Shown in pieces: positions 47,991 through 61,787 of a stretch of DNA of 64,000 bases. Origin of the DNA: Rhodosorus marinus CCMP1338 (Eukaryota > Plantae > Rhodophyta); contig JAMWBK010000013.1 of NCBI GenBank assembly GCA_029953675.1, positions 62,001 to 126,000 of the forward strand, given 5' to 3'. Each line of letters begins with the position of its first letter. Within the stretch, counting starts at the first letter, position 1. Under the pieces are notes generated by a model. It saw only the letters and a list, made by a program, of their open reading frames with translations. It did no database searches and was not told the origin of the DNA. The position numbers and the translations under genes were made by a program.

Positions 47991-48688
47991 AAGAGCTTAT
48001 CTCCATAAGCGGAGGATTTACGGTCAGAGATTGAGGAAGAGGATGGATGTGATAGAGGAAAGCAGAAGGTTTTTAGTTTTTCGTGTTGGGGTCAAAGAGA
48101 AATCAACCGTCAGTTGAAACTTTGTGGTGTTTGGAAGAAAACGACTAGGATTGATCTCCTTGACTAGGTGTTGGGGTCGATCTCAGGACTCGAAGGCCGG
48201 GGGGGGGGGGATGGCGATGGCGTAGCTGAGCTGAAGAAATTGAAGATTATCGTTTGGTTGGGGAGAAAGGTGGGAGACTTTGTATAAATTATTCGTGGTT
48301 GGGAGCAGGACTGAGCACAAGGGTTTCTGAGGGACTTTTTTGGGGGGGGAGGGAGTTTATGGTGGGGAGAGAGAGAAGGAGAGAGAGTGAAGAGAAGAAA
48401 ACTCCTTTTCAGAGGTGAGGATTGGGAAGAGGAAACCGAAAATTCACCCAAACTTCTGACCAAGATAAGAATATTTCGTCCTTTTTGGGGGGAGGAAAAG
48501 GCGGGCTTGTTTGGAGAGTGAAGAGCCCCTCCTGAATGGAAAGATGGATCGTGAACCGTGAAGAGTAGTGAACAAGAGAGAGAGAGAGGCAAAGGTTTGG
48601 GATTTTTTTGAGACGGTTTCGGAGGAGGATTGTAAGTGATCTTTAGTGATCTGGGAGATTTAGATAGGAGGTCGTCGTCTGGGAAAAG

Positions 48689-50703
48689 ATGATTCGCAGG
48701 GCGGGTTCGTTGGGCTTGATGAGATCCTTATCTGCAGGGAGAGGAGGTGTTGAATATGGAGGTATTCCGAGTCGTTTTTTGGCAACTGGAAACGACGGGA
48801 AGAAGAGCAAGGAAGTGAGCGACGAAGTAAAGGCATCGGATGGGAAGAAGAACAAGGAAGTGAGCGAAGAAGTGAAGGCGTCGGATGGAAGGAAGAACAA
48901 GAAGGCGGATGAAGACGCTGTCAAGACGGTTGCCAAGGATGGAGAAGGGGAAGGTAAGGATGCGCCTGAGAAGGAGAGCAAGATCGCGAAATTATTTGAG
49001 AACATGAAGTATGGAAGTATGAAGGATCCGCAGCCGGTGGTATCTGGAGGTGAGGGGAAGAAGGAGAAGGATCCCAAGATTGGGAAGATCTCCCAGAGCA
49101 AGATTGCAGAGATCTTGGAAAACGTGAAGAAAAATGTCAGGCTTAGTGAAGCTCGGGCTAAGGAGGCCGCTGAGGAGCGACGAGCGGCACGGGAAAGGGC
49201 TACTGGCGGTGAAGGAGGGGCTGCGCAGGACGGAGGAGAAGACGAAAAGGATACCAAGGCCGATTCGACGCAATCTGAACTGGCAGCATGGTCTGAGGCA
49301 CTTTTTGGACATAGAAAGACCTCGGACGTCTCGTCAAGTCCAGATTCACTGGTTTCGTTCAATCAAGGTTACACCAAAGAAGACAGGCCGAATCCCGATC
49401 ATCCCATGTTCAACGACATATACACATCGTACGTCTTTCCTTAGCAAGCGCTTCAAGCCCTCCGACTGCGGTGCCCAGACAACACGCTAACCAAGAATCC
49501 TCACGTGCCTCAGCGATATCAATCCGGACGAACTGGACCAGATGATGACCGTCTACGACCTTCTTCACGACCACATCAAGGATATTACATCTGCGCATGC
49601 CTCGTTCAAGCCCATTCGATGTCCTCTCTTCGATGAACTCGATGTAAGTTTTTCCAGAGCTTCTGCTACAAAACCTCCGACCCCCCCCCCCCCGGGCCAC
49701 TGGGCAAACTCGGAGATCAAAAAAAAAGGTTGGCTATCCCACTGCCTGCCGCCGTCCGCAGCTAAAAAGGAGACAACTTGTGGAAACTTTTTGATACGTC
49801 TAGTTCCCGGTGAGCAGACTGCCGAGACTTCCGCCGGAAATCCTGGACGCGTACAAGAAGGAATTCCCAGTCGAGAAGATCGAGGAAGCTCCGATTCTTG
49901 GCTCAAAGCTAAGGGCGAAGGAAAAGTCCAGTAGGGTGAGTTGTAACGACGATTTTCTGAACGCTTGTTGGGCTTGCAGGGTTTGGTTTTGAAATACTGA
50001 ACAAGTTTCTATTGATTGGGTTTCCCGTTCTGCATCGCTAGCTTCCTGGAGATCAGGAATCATGGACCAAGGTGGACGGCTTGGCACCCGACGAAGAAAA
50101 CAAGAACAGAATAGCGAGGAGGACTGCCAGAGATGACAAACCGACCAGAATGCAGAACAACCCGTTGATGAACCCCAGCAACGTGCCTAAGATTCCCCCT
50201 CCATGCCGACTGACAGCTATCGCGAGGCCTGGGAGGTTGGATATCGACTATCGTCAAGGTATTCGAGCGCAGCGCAACCCTTCAGCTCAACATATGGGAT
50301 CGCGTTTTAACTGAGTGAGCTTCGATTCCGCCTCTTCCTTGCTCCCAGCTGCGGTTCTGGACGAGTTCCTCCAGCCCTCTGGAAGAATAGCGCCTGCAAT
50401 CACGACCCACCTTCACGTTCGTCAGCACTACCGAATGTCCAAGAAGGTACGTCAGATGGGCTACCATATTGTCTCCAGCTCGACGGTTCGGATTGGAGTA
50501 ATTCTAACCGCGGTCGCCGCTTTGAACAGGTTAAAGTGGCTAGAGAAATGAGACTTCTCGACATTAGGTCCAAGGCTCCGATCCCTCCAGAGCACGATCT
50601 GGCGTCTATGATGTTGCTGAGGGAAGTACTTGACGAGATCCACCAGGAGAAGGAAGTGATTAAGAACAAGGCGAAGAAGCACACCGCGGCGGGGAAGAAG
50701 TGA
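48689..50703 (+). CDS. Mitochondrial ribosomal protein bS18m-like with long charged N-terminal extension, multi-exon
   Basis: Targeting-like N-terminus. Spliced C-terminus LDIDYRQAAVLDEFLQPSGRIAPAITTHL..RMSKKVKVAREMRLL fits the S18 pattern. Confidence 0.6.
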
Positions 50704-52450
50704 AAAACCTTCAGCGGGAGTGTTCTTTTCTCATTATTTTAGGTTCTTGTTCAGGTCGGAATGGACAGGCTCGTGGAGCGAGCGCAGGAGGGGGTCTGCG
50801 GAATCGCTGCCTCTCTGCAAGTTGCATATTTTGAATTGGAGGATGGAGTTTTTGCAGTTGCTTGCTAGTGAAGTACTGCTCGCCACCTCGGCAGATGAAT
50901 AAGCGAGACTAGTGTATAAACTGAGCTCGTATTCGCTTTAGAGAGCGTACACTAGCCCAACCCGTTCTGACCGGCCGCCCCATTTCCGGCCCAGCTACAT
51001 ACGGTAGGTGTCCTGCGCCGTAGTCGCTTCGTAGCTTTCCCCCGACACTAAGTGGGGAGCAGAGACCAGGCCGCAACCTCCCCGCAGCTTTTTTGTTAGC
51101 CCCGGCCAGCGATTCCGTCTCCAGACAGTCATTTCTTTAACTCTCTTTGGGGGTTAGCAACTAGCCTCTTGTATTTCCATCAACCCATTTCACTATGACG
51201 ACCACCCACCAAACCGAAAAATACCTCCGCGACTTCGCCGCAAAACCGAAACCTGAAAGAGCGGAAAACCCGTTAAATCATCGACAAATAAATTACTTGA
51301 TTACAAGCATCTCACGACCAATGGAAACCGTTCAAAACATATAATATTCAATTTATAAAAATCAAAAGCCAATGGAAGGGGCTTTTCTGATAGTCGGTTT
51401 GGTATTTCACCAATCGAAGTGTAATTATTGAAATGCACTAAATCCGGTCTCTTTTAAAACACAAAACAAGATCGAGAACATTGAAATCAGTTTAAATCAT
51501 ACCTCTTGCATTAATTTCGTTTTTCAAACACTAAACAAACGAGAGGTCCCCAACACCCTTTGCAAATTGTACAAAACTTCATCACATCATCCATGCCAGG
51601 GAGGCAGAAACCCCTTTGTCCAATTATTAATGCCTACTCAGTATATTCGGGTAAAAGCTACCAAATATTACTGATAAACAATTTCTCATCTACGGAAGGA
51701 CGCAACTGTAGCAACTTCCATTCGTGAATACTTTCAAGAAAAATCTAACTAATATCCCCTAAATAGCCATCGCTAATCCAATCATATACGTCAACATTAT
51801 GAATATCATATTATCATACGTTCATTGGTCCACCGCCTCCAACATATTATTCTCAGATCACATTTTCGCCCGCGATGCAATCCTGAGAGCTATTTTCTTT
51901 AGGACGCTTGTTATTCTTCCATTAGTTAAAAATCATGTCCAAAGACACTTGGCATTACATAATTCACCAACAACCTCGAGAAAAAATCCTTTCACGATGC
52001 CGTAGGGGGACGTGTGTCGCTCTATTATTGGAATATATTTACTTACGAGACACTTGTAGTAAAATAATTGATTATAAGTCAATCTATTTCATGATCGCTA
52101 CCAATAAAATCATATAATTCTTGTGAACCACGTAGGTTTTATGAAATTTTTGAGTCAGAGAATTTTCCGATCTCATCCTACTGGCCCTTATTTGAGGACG
52201 GAAATTTTTCCGTGTAAAAGAGACTTTTTTGGGGGGCAGATCGGCTCGGCGTCTGGTTTTGTACTATAAGAAGGTAACTCTTGGAATGGGGAAGAAGGCG
52301 GCAGGGGGACGGGGAGGAAACGTGTAGGGCAGGGGGAGGGGGAAAGCGGCCGTGTAGGTTATGAGTAGTTAAGTAGATGCGTTAACTAGTTGCTTTTCCG
52401 AATTTGTGGGTTGAATTTTTTTGGGAGGATTTTGAAGGGGAGAAGAAAGG

Positions 52451-53745
52451 ATGGCGCTGGTGCAGAGGAAAGGGGAGCGGCATCTGAGGGACAACAAGCA
52501 GATGGCTGAGGTTGCTCAGGTGAGTTGGATGCGCCGATGGGCTTGGCAAATTTTCTTGAGCTGCTGCAAGCTGATATGGGCTTTTTTTTCTTTCTTGCTT
52601 TATTTGTTAGGGGATTGCTGGGTCATCGACCTTGTCGTTTACGCAGAAGATGATAGCTGGAGCCAGTGCTAGAGGAATTGCGCAGACGGTTCTTCATCCT
52701 ATTGACGTGATGAGGACTAGGCTTCAGGCGAAGGGGATCACCAGCACTCTGACCCTCGAGACGTTTTTGAAAGGGGTAGTTCCTCAGGTTGTACTGGCCC
52801 TCCCCGCCGGCGCGGTTCAGTTCGTTGCTTTTGAGTACTGCAAGGAGAAGCTGAGAGACTTGTTTCCGGCTGAAAATCTGCAGGCGGCGAGGGATCTCGT
52901 AGCAGGTGCAGGAGGTGCACTGGCAGCATCAGTCGTTCGAGTCCCACAGGAGGTTCTGAAGCAGAGGATCCAGGCCGATATCTATCCCAATATCATGACG
53001 GCCTTGCCGACTCTGTTCCGTCAGGACGGACCGATGGGCTTGTACACCGGCTACACCGCTACGATCTCACGTGACGTGCCATGGAACGCCCTATCGTTCC
53101 TGTTCCACGCCCAATTCAAGCGCCTCTTCGCCCGGTTCCAGGGCAGAACTCCAAACAACGACGAGAACCTCGCCCTTGCCAGCTTTTCAGGAAGCATGGC
53201 CGCAGTTATCATGACACCAGTCGACGTGGTGAAGACGAGGTAAGGCAGCGTTTTCTCGCCGCTGCTCCGGATCTACGATCTTAGTGCGAACTCCACTTCA
53301 ACGCTTTTCCCAGGCTCATGACTCAAAAGGCCGGGGAAACGGCTTACAAGGGAATCGTCGGAACCTTCTCGAAGATCATCGCAGAGGAGGGAGCGGGTGC
53401 GCTTTTCAAGGGACTGGTTCCTAGAATCCTCTTCCTTGCACCGCTCGCGGGTATCACGCTCAGTGTTTATGAAGCGATAACCAGAGTTATGCTGAAGAAA
53501 AACGGTGCCCAGGTATGTCTAGGAACGAAAAGGCCCGGCTGCAGGTATCCCGATGCCAACCACACCCGTTCTTCCTTCCTCTGGACGTACAGGTTGCTTA
53601 CGGAGTATCCGTACCAAGAACTGGGAGAGCCTCATCTCTATTAAGTCCAGTCCAAGTGGCCATCGATGAACCTGCAACACTACCAAATCTGGGAAGGAAC
53701 AGCCCCGCCAGAACTCTCGCTGCGAGGACGATGAATGTGGCGTGA
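52451..53745 (+). CDS. Mitochondrial carrier family protein, S-adenosylmethionine carrier-like (5' exon uncertain)
   Basis: Three P-x-[DE]-x-x-[KR] motifs: PIDVMR, PQEVLK, PVDVVK; RDVPW. Confidence 0.85.
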
Positions 53746-55336
53746 GAATTCAATCGAAGAAGAAGAAGAAAAAGGCACAACACTCGTGTAGCGGAACAAC
53801 CTTGATGGAACGGGGCAGACAGAGAAAGAGGGAGAGGGAGAGGGAGAGGGAGATGCATACCCGATGAAAGAGGGGTTCCAACCAACAACGCGAGTTTTTT
53901 TTGTAACTAGTCGCCTGCGCTAATCCAACTTTTGTTTAACAAGAGAGAGAAAACTATCATTCCAAAAGAAAAAGGATGGGAAGGAAGACATTCAAAAATG
54001 ACCAGAGGCGTCTGAACGGGATAGGATGAGAACGGAAGGTTTGGGCGCCGTAAAGGGTAAAGGCTTTCTAGGCTGCTTTTTTGTTTGGAACAAGAACTGA
54101 GTGAAACATTAAAAAGGCATTGAAGATTTTAACAAGTTGTTTAGATGAAATATGATCGGGAGACCTCAGCATAGAGCGATTGACCACTCAAAGGATCTTT
54201 TTTTTCGGACACTGGAGGAGTTGGCGCAACCCAATCGGCCAAAGATGACGTCGGATAATGGCAACCACCAGAGAACTCGGTTCCGTATATGGTGGCTCCT
54301 ATATCACTGATGAGTTTCTGTGCTCGACGTGCTTGACGAACGTTGCTATTCGGATTGTGAGAAGCTGCTGTGGAAGAGTGGATGGGAAACCCCATTCGTC
54401 CTGGTACCGTCTTGAAATGGTTGAATCCATCCAGGGCCAGCTGTACTGAGCCGAATGCGCACATGCTGAATCCAGCCAGATTATCGTGAGATGGTGAGCT
54501 TGGCACTGAACGAGAGGTGAAACTCAGCAATACTCATGAGTGCAAGGTAATGCATTTCGCGTAAGAGGTCCCCATTCTCCCTGACGGCCTCTGCATGAGC
54601 CAGACGAATGCTTTTTACCACTCCCCTAGTTGATTCCCCCATAGTACGGTCGCATGGTAAACGTCATGGAGCTACTGGACTTCAGTGCTGGATTCTATGA
54701 CCATTCTACTGTGACCCTACGCAACCAAAACTAAGTTCCGTACATCACCACAACCTTCCTCGTAACCACGCTCCCTAGCTCATGGATCAAACCCCTCGGG
54801 GATTGGAACTGTTCGAGGTCCATAATACATAGGCTAAGGGGTGATATTGTCAGTTACCACCAGACGACCTGAGTATTATCTCGCACAAGTTCGGAGAGAG
54901 CCAAGGTCTGCGAACGCTCTGTCCCTGTAGTACCCAACGAACACGATTAAAAGGTTATTGCTCCGAGGGCCTGGCATCAGGAGGAGGGCGGTGAGGTCTT
55001 TCACGTCCATGGGTCATATATTTTCTTTTTTGCTTGGAACCTGGCCTCAATATCAATTGTCGTTTACGACAGACAAACTGTCTCATATGTTCTAAGTTTC
55101 TGTGGGAAGGAAAAAGGGTAGGAAAAAAAAGGCAGAAAAACTACTGAACAAAATGGGGTCGTGAAACAATTGGATAAAACCACTTCTGAATTTTCGGCGT
55201 AAGGCGTAAGGAGAGCTATTAACCTTTGCACTAGCACCTCCAGTTCACCATTGTCCGGGCTCAACGTGGAAGCATCTTTCCGAAAGTCGTCGCGCTATGT
55301 AGTACCTCGATCACAACAAATTTTCTTTTCTGCTTT

Positions 55337-56545
55337 CTATGCAGCCTGGTGGCGGGCATCGCCCGCCCATTTCTGTACCAGGCTGTCCATTTCGATACCA
55401 ACCATTGCAGATCCAAGATTCTTCGACACCTCCGCGAGGACCTTTCCATCCTTATAGTGGGTGACCGACTTGACGATCGCCTCCGCCCTTTTCTTAGGGT
55501 TCTCAGACTTGAAAATTCCGCTGCCCACGAAGACACCGTCCATGCCCAACTGCATCATTAGGGCGGCATCTGCAGGAGTAGCGACACCACCTGCGGCGAA
55601 CTGGACCACGGGCAAGCGCCCCAGGTCGCGCGTTTGCTTGACCAACGCAAACGGTGCGCCGATGGTTTTCGCATAGTTGTAAAGCTCATCCTCATCCATG
55701 CCCTTGAGCTTACGGATTTCACCGTTCACCTGAGCAAATTTTATAGAGAGCACCAGATGATGGTCAGCGAATTTGTCGCATCACTCATCGCAAAGTGCCA
55801 GGCCAGCGCTGCTGGACCTCGGCAGCCATGTGAACAGCATACGGAGCTCTACTTTAGATGCTGGGAGAACACGTACCGAACGAGCATGCCGAACCGCTTC
55901 CACAATGTTTCCCGTTCCAGCTTCACCCTTTGTACGGATGAAGGCAGCACCTTCGTTAATCCTTCGGAGTGCCTCGCCCAAGTTTCGGCACCCACAGACA
56001 AACGGCACGGAGTAGTTGTGCTTGTTAATGTGGTGTACCTCATCCGCAGGTGTGAGGACCTCAGATTCGTCAATGTAGTCGACGCCAATAGCCTCCAGGA
56101 TCTGCGCCTCGACAAAGTGTCCGATACGAGCCTTGGCCATCACAGGAATGGACACTGCCGCCTTGATTCCTTCGATCATCTCGGGATCCGACATCCGGGC
56201 AACCTCTCCATTCTTCCGAATATCAGCCGGAATTCGCTCCAATGCCATGACTATCCAAAAAAACAATGTCAAAGCGAACGCAAAGATTAAAAACCTGTGG
56301 TACGCCCAACCGAGCAACTCAGAGATATTGCTAGACCAGATCAGACGCTCACCTGCACAAGCACCAGCCTCCTCAGCGATCTTAGCCTGCTCAGGAGTGA
56401 CCACATCCATAATCACTCCGCCCTTCAACATCTGAGCGAGTCCAACCTTCACCGCCCACGTCCCCGTCCCCGTCTCCCCGCCATTCACCGCAGACTCCGT
56501 CTTGGCAAACGTCGTCCCGTCCAAAACTTTCGCGTGCCCATTCAT
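55337..56545 (-). CDS. PDX1: Pyridoxal 5'-phosphate synthase subunit, 3 exons
   Basis: [66 protein letters not shown]. Confidence 0.97.
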
Positions 56546-57399
56546 AATTACAGAAAAACGAAACCAAGCAACAACAAACAAAATCCTCCCCAAGCAAAAA
56601 GAATCCACTTCTACCTTCCCTGCCGCCCTGCCTCACTCTCCACCTCCCTCTCTCACCCACCAAAACCCCCGAAACCAGGAAAAGCCGAAAAATTCCTCTC
56701 TTTATATACTCTCGCAAATCGCGTCCTACGTCATATCCACCGCGACCAGAATTAATCAAATAATTTCAACCATTTTTACTTTCACAGAAAACCAAAAACA
56801 ATTTCCAGTCCAAAAATCGTCATCCATTGTTACAACAAACGAGCGTTTCCTATCAACACGTTGAAAGGGATAATTTGATTCAAATTACTTCCCCCCTTCG
56901 ATTGTAGCCGAGTAGATGTCTATATAATGTTTAATAAATCTTATTTTATGTACTTTTAATTTTAGTTGAAGTTTTAAGGGGTAGAATTTTTCGGACGTTG
57001 TAGCCTGGCCCGGATTAAGCGATTATATGGCCGATGTTACCGACGATGGAACAGATTTTATTTGCGAATTATTTTAAAGAAATGTAGAATGGAAAAATTC
57101 CCATATTGGCCGTTTTTTCAACGTCGGGTGTTTTTTCCGACATGGAGGATGAAGCGGAAAAAAAAAAAAAAAAGGAGACCTGTGATGGTCTTTAACGATG
57201 AAAAGGTCGTAAAAACGATGAACGCGCGTAAAGACGATGAAAAGGCGTCCAGATGAACTGACGTTGGTTGGGGAGGTTTTTAAACTGGCGATGACGGGCC
57301 GCTCTGGCAAACAAGGTGAAAGCAGCGGTTTATAGAGGGCTACAGTGTCAAAGATAGTTCCGTAGGGGTTGAGATCGAGCGCCGCCCTCGAGGAAAGTC

Positions 57400-57750
57400 A
57401 AAAAAAGCAGCATTGAAGAGGTCCCACGGATGAACAGCAAGGAGAGCTGGTCTGGTCGCTAACGGAACAGTTCGCGGGAAACCAACTAGGGCCTCCCGAA
57501 TCCATGAAAGCTGAAGCAGTCAACAACCCAGGGTACCAGGCGCTGAGCCACGGAGCAGAATGCTCGAGTATCCCTGTAAGGAGTGGAGATCGCCCACCCG
57601 GGTCCTTGGCTTCTTTCCGACGTCTCATAATAGATGTAGCTGCTTCGCCCTCTACTGCGCTCTTCCGCAATTCATAGAGCTCTACTAGCGTTGGCGTTGA
57701 TAACAGCATCGTCATCAGTAGCAGCTCCGCCATCTTCACCGAAAGCAGTA
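57400..57750 (-). mobile_element. Old family C-like RLE 3' relic within the gene-dense region
   Basis: AATSIMRRRKE and nucleotide similarity to the family C end. Confidence 0.55.
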
Positions 57751-58675
57751 TGTGAGGCATTAAAACGATCGCAAACCAAACTGTGGACCAACAATATAAA
57801 CTGTAAATATTACCATATAAACTATAGCTAACTTATTCATGAAGAGCATACACTGGGTAAAACTCTTCCTACCCTGCCTTAGACTTGCTTTATTTCTACG
57901 TCTAAATTATTTCCTGATGTCCAGGCCACTTTTCTCCATTTACTCCCCCCCCTCACGCATGCTGAGTCTTCCAGGGCAGGTTCTTACCCCTACAATCAAA
58001 TGCACAATAGGCTATATTATATAAATTAATAAACATATGAACTAAAAACCAATATGCCCTTTGGATTAAGCTTATCGTTAAAACTTCGACCCTATCGTAG
58101 ATGATATATCATTATTGAACACGTGGAGAAACTTAATTGGACTATACGCAACTTGTTCTTTTTATTACAAATAAATGTAAATGTACTGCATCTCAGAGTG
58201 ATCCATACAGATGAAACTAATATATCTTGGATTTATCTGAGATATCCACTATTATCTAAGATATTTGGATGTAAACGTCACTTGTATATCTAGAGAAATG
58301 GTATTTGACTTGCCGAGCGGCAAAGGTTAACTCTGGATTGCGATCGCATTCCTCACGTTCGATGGCGCTGTGGCTGAGGTGCGAGCTTTTCTCAGCTTCG
58401 TCGTCGGGAGGGGATGAGCAATCTCCCAACGTTGAATCGTGTATAACAGGCTGGAAAGAAGCGTGGTACGCTGTTGAGTGCAAGTCACTTGTTCAAAGAC
58501 TTGGATCTCAGGCCGGTCGCCGTGGACCCTGAGGCTCGACTTGGAGCCCACCCATAAGTCTTTGGGGAAGAGATGTGACCCCTCGTTCCTGGTGCAGGGT
58601 GGTTAGCATCCGGTTTATCAGTACTCATTGATGCAGCTGCACGACTTTGTTTTTATGTACCGACGTATTTGATGA

Positions 58676-59834
58676 TCATCCCTTTGAATAGACCTGTAGA
58701 AATCTCTGCAGCCCAGCGAACATACCCGCAATTCCTTCTCCCGCGGATTTTGCCTTCGGCTCGGAGTTATCATACATCTCCTCCAGCTCTTCGTAGCCAG
58801 GTTTAGTAGACAACGTGTCAAGGAGCCTTGATCGCGAAGAGAAGAGAGAAGAACAGTGCTAAGCAATGCGCGCTGCTTTGCGTGGGACCGTCGGAATCGG
58901 TACCTGAATCCTCCTTCAGCCTCTGCATCCTCCTTCCAGACAGTCCATTTTGAAGGATAGCATCGATAAACCGCACCCTAAGAACGGCAGCGTCAATGAG
59001 CGATTCGAGGTGGTCTGGGGGAGATCTGGGAGGGATCGAGCGTACCCATGGTAAAGTTTTGAGATAGAAGATCGTCTCGAAGGGTTTAAGAACCCGCTCC
59101 CGAAGTTCTCTGGCAGTTAGGCTCATTCCTGTCACGCCCATATCGACTAGGTCGGGGTTGAACATGATGACTGGCTTGGCGGATTCGAGGAATAGCGGAG
59201 AAATGCGGTCAATGAATTCACCCATTGAGGAGCTTTCTATGGCGCCCGGCGCTGCTAGAATGACTGCGTCGATACTGTCATCTACCCTGTTCCTCTGGAA
59301 GTTCTCATACTGCGCATCTGGGAGATCAGTCCAGTCGCGCTCCTGGATCGCATGGCCGCAAAAAGATTAGTTCAGAAGCCTCTCGCTAGAAACAGGCTGT
59401 AATGCAAAACGTACAGATAAAGCAGCAGTACCGGCGTCGGGGAACACGATCGCTAGCCCTTTCCCAGTACCAAACGTCGCTTCCGCAAACTCCTTCAACA
59501 ATGGCAAAGTGTTCCTCAAATTCGTATACGTCTCATCCCCCAGAGACAGGTCCACTTCGATAATGATCCTCCTATACCCTTGCTCATACGCAGAATCAAA
59601 TGCTCCCTTCGCCTGGACCATCGAATCCTGCATCGAATCCGGCAACGAAACTCCACCCGATCCCGCAGAACCCACCACAGCCTTCGCCGATTCCACCTCC
59701 TCCACAGACGCCGGATCCTCGCACATCATCCTCATCCCATATGCACCCACGTTCCTCGTACGACAGACCCCACCTCTGCTCCCCCTCAACGATCCAACCC
59801 GCCCACATCTCCCAATACTTCCAACAAACCCCAT
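58676..59834 (-). CDS. DUF1995-family plastid protein, multi-exon
   Basis: Transit-like N-terminus, FPDAGTAAL, IMFNPDL, FETIFYL, GAVYRCYPSKW. Confidence 0.85.
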
Positions 59835-60456
59835 CCTTCCTCCCAGCCCAGTCCCCCCCCTCTCAAGGTCTATCTCACTATTCAAAAGGTCCGTAACCCA
59901 GTGAGTCACACTCTAAGTAAGCTCTCCAGAACCGATTTCAGGCCCAGACTCAGACCAAAAGATACCTCTAGCGCTCCTCCACCTCTTCCGGGAATAGTCC
60001 ATCCTCTTCACCAACTGCTTAATAAAAGCTCTCCCCTCGAAATCCTCAACAAAACGGATCAAGAACGAAATTCTCATAAGCGTCATATATGTATTTCAAT
60101 CTTTATTATAATATTGACTATTCTACTATTTCTGAATAATATGTTTTATTATATTCAATCTTTATAAATGACTGAACGGTGGATGACAGGTAAATATGTT
60201 TTCTCCCGGGATATATATAAGCGTCATATCTATATTCAATCTACTTTAGAATTTAGATTGATTTATTTGATTTATTTAAAATAAATATGTAGTTTTAGAT
60301 TTTGTTAATGATTGAATTATGGTGACAGGTATTGGTTGAGTGGATCGTTTCGAGAGAAGGGGCGGGGGATGGGGGGGAGTGGAGAGATTAAGGTGGAGGG
60401 GGGAGCTGGGTGGCGAAGGGGTAAACGGAGGTGGAGAAGTGGGAGGATGAGGAAAG

Positions 60457-61556
60457 ATGAGTGGTTTTCGGACAGGTGTAGGGTCTGTGCTGGCGTTTTG
60501 CGCTGTTCCCAGCCCGAGTTTTGTTGGTGGTAGGCGTGGTAGGGGGACGACTGGGTTGGTCGTGGTGGTGGGGGCTGGGGAGCATTGCTTGGTGCTGGCG
60601 CACTACGAGGCGTCTGAGCTACTGAAGGTTCGAGGAAGGGTGAACGAGTTGGTTGCCTCGATAACGGAGGCTCGAAGCAGCGTTGGAGGCCCGTTCAGCG
60701 TCGATCTGGGGACGAGGTCCCTGAAGTCGATCTCCGCGGATGCCGGAGGGGTTTACCTGGACGGGGATGCCATTCCGCTCAGCTGGAAGGATCTGCAGAC
60801 GATGACGAAGAAGGGAAAGACGGGTGCGTACGAATGTTACGAAGACGGATGGGAGAGAGTCGCTGAGTTCTCTGAGGAGACCCAGCGAGCGATATCTCTT
60901 CTTCCTGTCGCCGAAGGCGTCGCCCCGACCGTGGTCATCGGAGGCTTTGTAAGTCTCTCACCTGCATCACACCTCCCCCCTCCACCACCAATCAGCTGAC
61001 TATGTTGAATCTGATCCCCCCGCAGGGAATGCACAGAATCAAAAGCTCTGATCCATGGACGGACACGCAACTCAAGATGAAGGCGCTTGGGACAGCGTCA
61101 GAAAATACGCTGGACGTCTGCACGGGCTTGGGGTACACCGCTATCGCCCTCGCTGATCAGCCCACTGTAGACCTGGTAACAACAATCGAGCTGGATCCCT
61201 CAATTGTAAATATACAGCGTCGCAACCCCTGGTCGAGGAGGCTCTTCGAAAACCCAAAGATCGACAGAAAGGTCGGCGATGCCGTTGAGCTCCTGCCCAC
61301 CCTTCCTGATCGAAGCTTCAGCACGATTGTACACGACCCACCGGCACTCGCGCTCTGCAACGAACTGTACACGCTCGAGTTCTACAAGCAGCTACGCCGA
61401 ACCCTCAAGCCGAGCGGGAAGCTCTATCACTACGTCGGGGACCCGGCTTCGAAGGAGTCCGGAAGGCTGTTCAGAGGGATCATGGACAGACTCAAGCAGG
61501 CCGGATTTCAACAAGTGAAGAGGGCCGATGGGGCGTTCGGAATACTTGCGAGATAA
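60457..61556 (+). CDS. SAM-dependent methyltransferase, COG2521-like, with transit-peptide-like leader; 2 exons
   Basis: APTVVIGG/MHRIK, LDVCTGLGYTAI, RNPWSRRLF, HDPP, ELYTLEFY, LYHYVGDP. Confidence 0.85.
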
Positions 61557-61787
61557 GACCACCCAAGATATCTCCATATCCCTAGCAAAATCCCTCTTCT
61601 GCTCTCTTCTTTTAATTAATTGAAACGCATTTTCCAAAACGGTTAAGTCATCGCGTCTCAGAGCGCTTCTCTGAACATGAGCGTGGCATCTGACCGGCAG
61701 GCTGGTTGGGGTGGGTGTGGCCTTGGGGAGCGAGCGTTGGTCAGCAGCCGACGTGGCCTGCAGATCGGTCCTTTGTTCCTTCCTGTC

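Noticed and set aside
50909-51130. Structured ncRNA (SRP, RNase P/MRP or tRNA-like)
   Set aside because: An 8-bp stem exists (50909-50916 with 50948-50955), but no diagnostic conserved boxes were found. It may be an intron of a small unrecognised gene.
54130-55000. Gypsy RT/RNase H relic
   Set aside because: Only faint echoes (NHAP, SANALS) across several stops and frameshifts; not supportable without an HMM search.
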